Shown one piece after another: positions 20,587-28,361 of a stretch of DNA of 64,000 nucleotides. How positions within the stretch are numbered: position 1 is the stretch's first letter; every line of letters starts with the position of its first letter. Below the pieces are notes generated by a model. It did not search any database and was not told the DNA's origin. It saw only the letters and a list, made by a program, of their open reading frames with translations. The stretch is from an uncultured Pseudomonadota bacterium (GTDB taxonomy: Bacteria > Oederibacteriota > Muellerivitia > Muellerivitales > Muellerivitaceae), in the NCBI GenBank assembly GCA_963770835.1, contig CAVYRH010000026.1:800001-864000 (forward strand). Direction: 5' to 3'. Position numbers and translations under genes: made by a program.

Positions 20587-20827
20587 AAATATTTTCAATG
20601 TTACTTTTATATTTCTTGATAAAAGTTTTGTCATCAAAAATCCAATTTTTTTCAACTGGTTGAAAAAACATTAAATGACCGAAATCTATTAGAAACACCT
20701 TCAGGCAGATCATCCCTGAAAGACGTTCTGCTATTACAGCGCAGTCTTTCTGATGATCTGTATTTGTGATTCTGCTTTTATTACTTTGAAACTGTATACT
20801 CAAAGCAAAACAACGGAAAGGGAAACA

Positions 20828-21934
20828 GTGGTCCGTCAAGTAAAAGTCAAATTAGGTCCAAGAAGCTATCCTGTTTTCATCCAAAATGGCCTTTTGAAAA
20901 AATTTGAGTTTTATTTTCAAAAAGTAACATCTGCTAAGCGCGTTGCCATCCTTTCCACGATTCCAATTTACAAAGCCTATGGAGTGCGTCTTCTTAAAAG
21001 TTTGAAAAAAATTAATTTACGACCTCATATTATTTTTATTTCAGATGGGGAAAAGCAAAAAAACGAACAATCTTTATTTCGCGTATTGCAAACTCTGGCT
21101 CTTCATGGCTTTCAACGAAATGATTGTTTGGTAACATTGGGTGGCGGTGTTGTTGGGGATTTGGGGGGGTTGGCGGCCTCTTTGTATATGCGCGGGATTG
21201 ATTTCGTTCAATGTCCCACAACTCTTTTGGCACAAGTGGATGCAAGTATTGGAGGTAAGACGGCGATTGATTTTTCCGGAATCAAAAATCTGGTTGGAGC
21301 TTTTTATCAACCTAAATGTGTTTTGATCGATCCGGGGGTACTTCAAACCCTAAATGACCGCCAATTCAAGACGGGATTAGCCGAGGTGATTAAATATGGA
21401 GTTATCTGTGACGCCAACATGTTCGAGGATTTCGAAAATTACCCCAAATTAATTTTGAAAAGAGAACCGAAAATTCTTTTACGTTTGATTTCGAGGTCCT
21501 GCGAAATAAAAGCCGAAATCGTTTCGCGAGATGAGCGCGAAGAAGGGAAGAGAGCCTGGTTGAATTACGGACATACTTTGGGACACGCTTTGGAAGCTTA
21601 TTACCGGTATGAGGTTTTAACCCATGGGGAGGCAATCGCTTATGGGATGTGGTTTGCTTCCTTGCTTTCCAGGCGACTTCGCTTGTGCTCCGAAGATGTT
21701 CTTCAACGCCAGCGGGGTGTATTGGATAGAATGGGCTTGTTCCGAAAATTACCAAAGTTTCATCCACTGGAGATTTATCGAAAGATGCTTTTGGACAAAA
21801 AAGCCCGGAGCGGACAAGCCCAATTTATATTGACAAGAAAAATAGGTCTTGTTAGTATTCAAAAAAATATTCCCCGACCCATCATTCTTTCGGCTTTAGC
21901 TCAACTCCAAGCCGAAGCAAGTAACCGGCGTTAA
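20828..21934 (+). CDS. aroB: 3-dehydroquinate synthase
   Basis: GGGVVGDLGG, PTTLLAQVDASIGGK, LNYGHTLGHA; GTG start. Confidence 0.97.
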   Translation: MVRQVKVKLGPRSYPVFIQNGLLKKFEFYFQKVTSAKRVAILSTIPIYKAYGVRLLKSLKKINLRPHIIFISDGEKQKNEQSLFRVLQTLALHGFQRNDCLVTLGGGVVGDLGGLAASLYMRGIDFVQCPTTLLAQVDASIGGKTAIDFSGIKNLVGAFYQPKCVLIDPGVLQTLNDRQFKTGLAEVIKYGVICDANMFEDFENYPKLILKREPKILLRLISRSCEIKAEIVSRDEREEGKRAWLNYGHTLGHALEAYYRYEVLTHGEAIAYGMWFASLLSRRLRLCSEDVLQRQRGVLDRMGLFRKLPKFHPLEIYRKMLLDKKARSGQAQFILTRKIGLVSIQKNIPRPIILSALAQLQAEASNRR

Positions 21935-21941
21935 GTCTGAA

Positions 21942-23231
21942 ATGAAGGATCCCGTTACGTCCGAAATCACCGAGCTTAAGAAAAAGTTAGAAGAAAACCC
22001 GGATTCCCTTGTTTTTGCACCCCTTGCGGATGCCTACCGCAAGCAAGGAAACTTGGAGGAAGCTTTCAATCTTTGCAAGAAGGGTTTGGAAAAACATCCT
22101 AATAATGCCAGTGCGCGTGTTGTCCTTGGTCGTGTTTATCATGGGCAAGGAAAAGTTCAAGAGGCTGCCGTCGAATTGAAGAGGGTTCTAGAATTAGATC
22201 CTGAAAACTTAATGGCCCACTCACTCTTGGGCTCAATTTTCATGGAAAAGGGCGATCACCAGGCGGCCATCGAAGAATATCAAAAAATACTAACCCTCAA
22301 TCCAGACGATGACGAAACCCAAACGGCTTTGAAACAAGCAATTGAAAAGGCCGCGGGGGAACAAAAAAGCGATTCAGTGGTAAAAAAAGACAAGACTCTT
22401 CATGAAAAAAAAACCTTTACCAAGGACAGCACGGCGACTTTAACTGTTGCTGAACTTTATCTGAAGCAGGGACATTATGACAGAGCGATGGAGGTATTCC
22501 AGGAACTTCTTGCTCATGATCCACAAAACTTAATGTTGCGACAGAAGTTAGCCGAAGTCGTTGATCGTCAACAAAAAGAGTTTGTTGTCGATTCTGCCGT
22601 CTCAAAACTCAAGAAAAACGAGTTTATCAAACCACCTGATCAAAAAGAAGACATCCTGGAAGAGGCCCGCAGCGATGTCAAGGGTCAAGGAAAATCTAAG
22701 AAGGAAGACGATTCCAAATTCACCAACGACGATATTCTTCAAGTTATGCGTCGGGGGGGAAAAGATGATGTGGTGGTTGAAGAGAAAAAGAAACAACAAA
22801 TGCCCCTCGCTGTCAGCCCTTTGTCAGATTCCAAAGTGCCTGTTTCGGAAAAAAAGACGGATTCTTCATTACAACTTTCTCAAATAAACGAGCTTAAAGG
22901 GGTCTTGGCCGAACTAAGTTCCGTAGAGGGAATCATAAGGTGCTTCGTTACGGGAAACGACGGAATTACCATTGTTTCCATGGGAGAAACCAGTAATAAT
23001 GCTGTTTTGGGTAAGCAGGCATCAGCCATCTTTGAGAGTACCAACCGTTCAGTAGCGCAACTAAACCAAGGAAAAATGCAACAAGTTTTGGTCACGGCTG
23101 AGTCCGGCCACATTTTATTAGTTTCTTTTGCCGACTATGTTTTGGTGGTTTTAGCCAATAGTAAAATTAATTTAGGCCTTTTAAGACTGGCTTTAGAATC
23201 AGCCACCAGGAAATTGGACAGAATTTTATAG
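21942..23231 (+). CDS. TPR-repeat protein fused to C-terminal roadblock/LC7 (MglB-like) domain
   Basis: FAPLADAYRKQG TPR array; TLTVAELYLKQG TPR; C-terminal ELSSVEGIIRCFVTGNDG...INLGLLRL roadblock pattern. Confidence 0.85.
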   Translation: MKDPVTSEITELKKKLEENPDSLVFAPLADAYRKQGNLEEAFNLCKKGLEKHPNNASARVVLGRVYHGQGKVQEAAVELKRVLELDPENLMAHSLLGSIFMEKGDHQAAIEEYQKILTLNPDDDETQTALKQAIEKAAGEQKSDSVVKKDKTLHEKKTFTKDSTATLTVAELYLKQGHYDRAMEVFQELLAHDPQNLMLRQKLAEVVDRQQKEFVVDSAVSKLKKNEFIKPPDQKEDILEEARSDVKGQGKSKKEDDSKFTNDDILQVMRRGGKDDVVVEEKKKQQMPLAVSPLSDSKVPVSEKKTDSSLQLSQINELKGVLAELSSVEGIIRCFVTGNDGITIVSMGETSNNAVLGKQASAIFESTNRSVAQLNQGKMQQVLVTAESGHILLVSFADYVLVVLANSKINLGLLRLALESATRKLDRIL

Positions 23232-23304
23232 TTTTCGAACAAAAAAAAAATTATATTGTCCTGCCTTAAAGGTTTTCAAATGCCCATAAATCGGATTTAA
23301 ACCC

Positions 23305-23664
23305 ATGGACTTTAAAAAAATATTAGAGGAAACTCTTTCCAACGTCGAGGGGGCCATCGGGGCCGGATTGGTTGGCATGGACGGCATCGTGATCGATCAA
23401 ATTTCCCATAATTCATCATTTGATATTAATGCTGTTGGAGCGGAGTATTCCAGTATCATTAAAAACGCAATGCGGGCCTCGTCCAATTTCGGCCTTGGAA
23501 ATACCGCCGAAATTTTAATCACCACGGATAAGGCCACAATGATCATGATGATGGTTGGACTAAATTATTTTGTAACATTGGCCATCAATTTGGATGGAAA
23601 TTTAGGAAGGGGTCGTTTGGAGCTTAAAAAAGCCATCCCGAAATTCGAGAAAGAGCTGACTTAG
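23305..23664 (+). CDS. Roadblock/LC7 domain protein (MglB/MglC-like)
   Basis: VEGAIGAGLVGMDGIVI...GNLGRGRLEL. Confidence 0.88.
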   Translation: MDFKKILEETLSNVEGAIGAGLVGMDGIVIDQISHNSSFDINAVGAEYSSIIKNAMRASSNFGLGNTAEILITTDKATMIMMMVGLNYFVTLAINLDGNLGRGRLELKKAIPKFEKELT

Positions 23665-23668
23665 ATCT

Positions 23669-24514
23669 TTGATTCCAAAATCCAAAACGCCTTCGGCTGA
23701 TTCTTCTTTGAATGTAATATTTTATTCCCACTGGCCTGAAATTTTCCGATCATGGTTTTGGCGTTTCTACGACCACCTTTTTCGACTTGTCTTTTATAAC
23801 TTCGCTTGGGTGCTTTCTTGTTATTGCATTGGATGGATCTGGGTCCATTTCAAATGGGTTGAAATCTCGAAAGAAATTAATCTTTCTCAGCTTTTCCAGG
23901 TTTATTTTTTATATCTCGTGGAAAGTGCATTTTCAATTGGCTGGGCTCATTTAGTGTTTAAAATATTTATCGATGGCCAAGGTGGATTCGCAGACTTTTG
24001 GATCGGTACCAAGAAATATTTATTAAAAGCCATTGGTGTTTCAGCTGTTTCGGGTTTACTGGTTTGTTTGGGGCTTTACAATCTTTATTTCTATTTTTTG
24101 CTCGTCAATGAAAATCGTTCATTAGCGATCTTTTTAGGGGCTTTTACTCTCTGGATATTGCTTTCCTGGTTGTCCACCTGTCTTTATCAATGGCCAATTC
24201 TCTTTTTCCAAAACCCCCCATTTCTTAAAATTTATTATAAGGCGTTCCTGTTGGCCTTGGGAAATGGCTTGGTTTCACTCGGAATTCTCTTTTTTTTTGT
24301 TATTTGTTTCGGATTTTTTTTGATAGTACCATTTATGCTATTTTTCATTGGGTTCGTCTTTTTCTTTTCCTTCCAATGCGTCGCGCTTGAAAAGAACTTA
24401 TTAAAGTATAAAATAACCTACGGCGACAAAGAACTAGAGCCGTTCTTGGAATACTTGGAGGCCGAACGTCAAAGAAGCTGGCGCGAACTTCTGAAGCCTT
24501 GGGGGAATCGATGA
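23669..24514 (+). CDS. Integral membrane protein (DUF624/YesL-like)
   Basis: Several hydrophobic helices; FWRFYDHLFRLVFYN N-terminus. Confidence 0.6.
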   Translation: MIPKSKTPSADSSLNVIFYSHWPEIFRSWFWRFYDHLFRLVFYNFAWVLSCYCIGWIWVHFKWVEISKEINLSQLFQVYFLYLVESAFSIGWAHLVFKIFIDGQGGFADFWIGTKKYLLKAIGVSAVSGLLVCLGLYNLYFYFLLVNENRSLAIFLGAFTLWILLSWLSTCLYQWPILFFQNPPFLKIYYKAFLLALGNGLVSLGILFFFVICFGFFLIVPFMLFFIGFVFFFSFQCVALEKNLLKYKITYGDKELEPFLEYLEAERQRSWRELLKPWGNR

Positions 24515-24795
24515 AGAAGCGGATAAATTGGGTGACAGCAGTAACTGGCGCAGCGCTTCTTTACCTTATTCTCAGTGGTAATCGTGGTTTATGGAATCTT
24601 TACAAGCTTCATCAAGAAAAACAAAACTTGTCGGGGCAAGTGGAACAGTTAAAATCCGAGATCGGCCGGTATCAGGTTGAGTATCAAGATTTCCAAAGAA
24701 ATCCTTCCGTGCTAGAAAAACAGGCTCGTGAAGAGTTGAATCTTGTGAAACCAGGCGAAGTCGTCTACAAATTCACGAAAGCCGACCATCCTTGA
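24511..24795 (+). CDS. ftsB: Septum formation initiator FtsB/DivIC
   Basis: TM plus coiled coil plus EKQAREELNLVKPGEVVY. Confidence 0.9.
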   Translation: MKKRINWVTAVTGAALLYLILSGNRGLWNLYKLHQEKQNLSGQVEQLKSEIGRYQVEYQDFQRNPSVLEKQAREELNLVKPGEVVYKFTKADHP

Positions 24796-24972
24796 GAACC
24801 GGTTACTGATTCGTCATTGACTTCCCTCGTCTGGCTCGTTATTCTATTTTTCTTTTTGAGCCATCCGGTAAACTCTGACTGACGGACATCTTAACTTAAG
24901 TAAGACTATTCTCAGTTTGGGTTTTATGCCATCATTTGGCTTTTTCCATCACGATGGTATACAGGGTTTTTC

Positions 24973-25060
24973 GCCGAGATGGCGGAACTGGCAGACGCAA
25001 GGGACTTAAAATCCCTCGGGCCTAAAGCCCGTCCCGGTTCGATTCCGGGTCTCGGCACCA
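24973..25060 (+). tRNA. tRNA-Leu (TAA)
   Basis: Cloverleaf with variable arm, anticodon loop CTTAAAA, GTTCGA T-loop, encoded CCA. Confidence 0.97.
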
Positions 25061-25168
25061 ACTTTCGCTCTCTGGTCGTTTCAAAGGAAAAGTAATTTTT
25101 GCGATATTGCTTTTTTCTGTTTAGAAAGATGTTTGAGTTTTAAGGCGTTGATTGATACGCCAAATAGA

Positions 25169-25245
<77 letters not shown>

Positions 25246-25249
25246 ACCT

Positions 25250-25288
25250 AAGAAGCCGTACCTAACTGGTACGGCTTCTTTATTTTTA
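25250..25288 (+). terminator. Terminator after tRNA pair
   Basis: AAGAAGCCGTACC/GGTACGGCTTCTT stem with T tail. Confidence 0.85.
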
Positions 25289-25463
25289 TAAATCAAATCA
25301 AAATATCCAGATGCCTAAGAGCTTAAAAGAAGTTCAAAGATGCATGACCTTAGGGTGGAACGGTAATTTTAAAAACTTAAAAACTCCCTCGGAATATTTT
25401 GGAAACGCATGGATTTTGATTTTCAAACTGGGTTTTATAACAAAACTTTGATTTGAGGTTTCC

Positions 25464-25697
25464 TTGGAAACGATTTATCTTCGAATTGAAAAAAAGAATC
25501 GAGGTGGAAAAACCGTTACAATTTTAGAGGGATTTACCCGTCGCCAAGAGGAAATCAAGGAATTGGCCCGAAGGATCAAATCCAACATAGGAGCTGGTGG
25601 AACGGTAAAAAACGGTTGTATTGAAATCCAAGGGGATTTTCGAAAGCAAATATCGGTTATGCTCCAAGAGTTAGGGCTTCTGATCAAAGGTTATTAA
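25464..25697 (+). CDS. yciH: SUI1/eIF1-like translation initiation factor (YciH family)
   Basis: RGGKTVT, GAGGTVK, IEIQGD; TTG start after GAGG. Confidence 0.9.
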   Translation: METIYLRIEKKNRGGKTVTILEGFTRRQEEIKELARRIKSNIGAGGTVKNGCIEIQGDFRKQISVMLQELGLLIKGY

Positions 25698-25733
25698 TTA
25701 AGAGGTTCTCAAGATCTCGCTTGGGAGAGTCGC

Positions 25734-26531
25734 TTGCGCGTATTCGCCTCTATCTCACCCTGGCTTCCTTTATTGAAAGATTATCTTACATCCTTGGTTG
25801 TGTTAGAAGAAAAAGCTGCCGAACTTTATCATCTTTCGCTTTTGGAAAAACCTTCAATTTCGCACAGGTTGAAAGAAACGGTTCTGGGAGTGTGGAAGGA
25901 TGGGAAGTCATCCAGGCCTCTGCATGATCACTTGATCCGTCATGGATTCCAGAGGCGTTCCGTTATAATTAGCGACGTGATTGGTTCTTCCAACGGTTAT
26001 TTTCGAGAAGATCTAGGAATTATCCGGTTTATTTGCCCCCAAACCCGCCAAAACCAAAAACCAGTTAACCAAGGCTTGTCAGCTATGCCTGACAAAAAGG
26101 CAGTTTTGTTGTTGGAAAATCCCCATTTTGTGGATGTCTCCTATCTTGGAATAAATTACGAGGTATTTATTCCCCAGGTTGGTCGATTTATTTTAGGTAA
26201 AGGGTTAGAGCTAAAAACTGGACGGTTCTTGAACGCCAACAAGGTTTACGAGTCCGCCCAAAATTTATTGATGATTTTAGATTTATTGGCAACTCACGAA
26301 GACTTGCAAGAGGAGGCCCTTAATGATTTTTTGGAAATCCGCCCCCCTGTTCTTGTCAAGGAATTGCTTCAACTTCTCAAACGGAATGGCCCGGGTTCAA
26401 TTTTATGGGACTCGGCCCAAAGGTTTTATCTGGAGAGGTATCCCGGCTCGAAAATTGTCACCTTGACGAAATGGTATTGGGAATTTTTGCCTCGCGCGGC
26501 CAGGTTTCTTGAAAAACAAAAAATTCCTTGA
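25734..26531 (+). CDS. Hypothetical protein, possible inactive nucleotidyltransferase-fold (GSU2403-like)
   Basis: GGGAGAG RBS plus TTG; C-terminal LLLENP...VFIPQVGRFILGK pattern. Confidence 0.55.
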   Translation: MRVFASISPWLPLLKDYLTSLVVLEEKAAELYHLSLLEKPSISHRLKETVLGVWKDGKSSRPLHDHLIRHGFQRRSVIISDVIGSSNGYFREDLGIIRFICPQTRQNQKPVNQGLSAMPDKKAVLLLENPHFVDVSYLGINYEVFIPQVGRFILGKGLELKTGRFLNANKVYESAQNLLMILDLLATHEDLQEEALNDFLEIRPPVLVKELLQLLKRNGPGSILWDSAQRFYLERYPGSKIVTLTKWYWEFLPRAARFLEKQKIP

Positions 26532-26572
26532 CCTAAGGTGTGAAGATGTCTTTCAGTTGATAAAATGATCTT

Positions 26573-27328
26573 ATGAACCCAATGTTCCGAGAATCACACT
26601 TTAAATCACCGCCGGTTGCCCTGATCACCGGCGCGGCGAGTACCTTGGGCGCTGCCATCAGCCGAAAATTAGCACAAAAGGGATTTTGTTTAGCACTGCA
26701 TTATGGGAAATCCCGTGGAAAAGTTCTCCGAATTCAAAAAGAGTTATCCTCTGTGGGTGTCGAAAGTCTCCTGGTGCAAGCCGATTTGTCCAGGCCTACC
26801 CGAGTTGGGCCGATGCTCCACCGTCTTGTCCGACAATGGGGGCGGTTAGACCTTGTCGTGAACAATGCCTCCCTTTTTAAGCCAACCCCCATTATGAAAA
26901 GTGACTGGAAAAATTGGACGAAGTTGTTGAATATTAATTCACTCTCTCCTTACGCCTTGGCCGTGGCCGCCAGGCCTTGGCTAAAAGTAACCAGGGGAAG
27001 CATCGTAAATATCTGCGATATTTATGGAGAATTGCCAGTTCTTAAGGATTATGCGGCTTATAGCGCCTCCAAGGCGGCACTTCTTTTTATCACTAAATAT
27101 TTAGCAGTGGAATTCGCCCCCGCGATAAGGGTTAACGCAGTTTCGCCGGGAGTCATATCGTTCCCGAAAGGATACGGCGATCGTAAAAGGCGAAAACTGA
27201 TTCAACGGTCGTCTTTAAAGAGACAGGGCACACCGGCGGAAATAGCGGAAGCAGTTTGGTTTCTGGCGTCCAACCAGTTTATTACTGGCCAAGTTTTAAA
27301 AGTGGACGGTGGCCGCACTATTTCCTAA
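26573..27328 (+). CDS. Pteridine reductase-like SDR (FolM/PTR1 family)
   Basis: VALITGAA, LALHY, VNNASLF, IVNICD, YSASK, VNAVSPG; adjacent to folB-folK. Confidence 0.85.
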   Translation: MNPMFRESHFKSPPVALITGAASTLGAAISRKLAQKGFCLALHYGKSRGKVLRIQKELSSVGVESLLVQADLSRPTRVGPMLHRLVRQWGRLDLVVNNASLFKPTPIMKSDWKNWTKLLNINSLSPYALAVAARPWLKVTRGSIVNICDIYGELPVLKDYAAYSASKAALLFITKYLAVEFAPAIRVNAVSPGVISFPKGYGDRKRRKLIQRSSLKRQGTPAEIAEAVWFLASNQFITGQVLKVDGGRTIS

Positions 27329-28215
27329 AGCTTCTGAGGATGGAAGTCCTTGAAGATATTTTCTGGCAATTGGCGGATTTCTTGCGCCAGATCCTTAAAT
27401 CGTGCGGCCAATTCGATTATGGGCTTTCCCAGAGCGGGGTGGACAAGGTTGGGACCAATTTCCAGGAGCGGGAAAAGCACAAAGGCTTTTATCTCGATAT
27501 CAGGATGAGGCAGCGAAAAGTATTTGTTTTTTTCAATGTGGTCACCCCAAAGCAGAAGATCGATATCCAGCGTACGGGGCCCGGAAGCGTTTGAAGAGTG
27601 GCGACGGCCTGCCTTTTTTTCCAGAGTTCTGACCCAGGTTCGGATAACTTTTGGAAAATCTTCGCCTTCGACCGCAACAACCAGATTCCAAAAGGGAGCC
27701 TGCTTAGAATGCCCTACCGGAGACGTCTCGTAAACGTGCGAAAGACCTACGATCGGATATTTTTTTCGGATTTCGTACAAGGCGGTTTCAAGGTTTTGTT
27801 TAGGGTTAATATTGGAGCCGAGGCTAAAAAGAATCTTTTTTGCCAATCCTATATTGCTGGAGACCCGTTTGATCCGGATGCCGACGTTTTGGGATCCCCG
27901 GATAGCCCCGGGTTTGGAAATGGACACATCGATTTCAGACAAAGGAAAGTTCTCGAGAAGGAGGCTGGCCAACTGTTCCGCTAAGGTTTCAATCAACTGG
28001 AACCTGCTTTTTTCCACGAAGGCGATAGTGGCTTTGGCTATTTTTTTATAATCCACCGTATCATTGATGAAATCCCTTTGGGACGCCCTTCGGATATCAC
28101 AAGGAAACCTCAGATCGATGATGACGTTCTGTTTCCTTTTCCGTTCCCATTCAAAAATACCAATGATGCAAGGAATCTTTAAACCAGTTAGGAAAATATA
28201 ATCATTGGATGTCAA
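27325..28215 (-). CDS. Bifunctional dihydroneopterin aldolase / HPPK (FolB-FolK fusion)
   Basis: IGIFEWER, TVDY, LIETLAE, SKPGA followed by SLGSN, YETSP, PRTLDIDLL, LPHP. Confidence 0.93.
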   Translation of the reverse strand: MTSNDYIFLTGLKIPCIIGIFEWERKRKQNVIIDLRFPCDIRRASQRDFINDTVDYKKIAKATIAFVEKSRFQLIETLAEQLASLLLENFPLSEIDVSISKPGAIRGSQNVGIRIKRVSSNIGLAKKILFSLGSNINPKQNLETALYEIRKKYPIVGLSHVYETSPVGHSKQAPFWNLVVAVEGEDFPKVIRTWVRTLEKKAGRRHSSNASGPRTLDIDLLLWGDHIEKNKYFSLPHPDIEIKAFVLFPLLEIGPNLVHPALGKPIIELAARFKDLAQEIRQLPENIFKDFHPQKL

Positions 28216-28361
28216 ACCTGTGCCCCTTTAAAAATAATGAATAGCGTGATTTTATTGGAAAAACAGCTGAAACGTACTGCTATTTTAACTTCCTCTTTCG
28301 ATTGAGACCGGTTCGATAAATACCAGTTGACGCTTTATTCTCCTTTTGTTTCCATGGCTTT

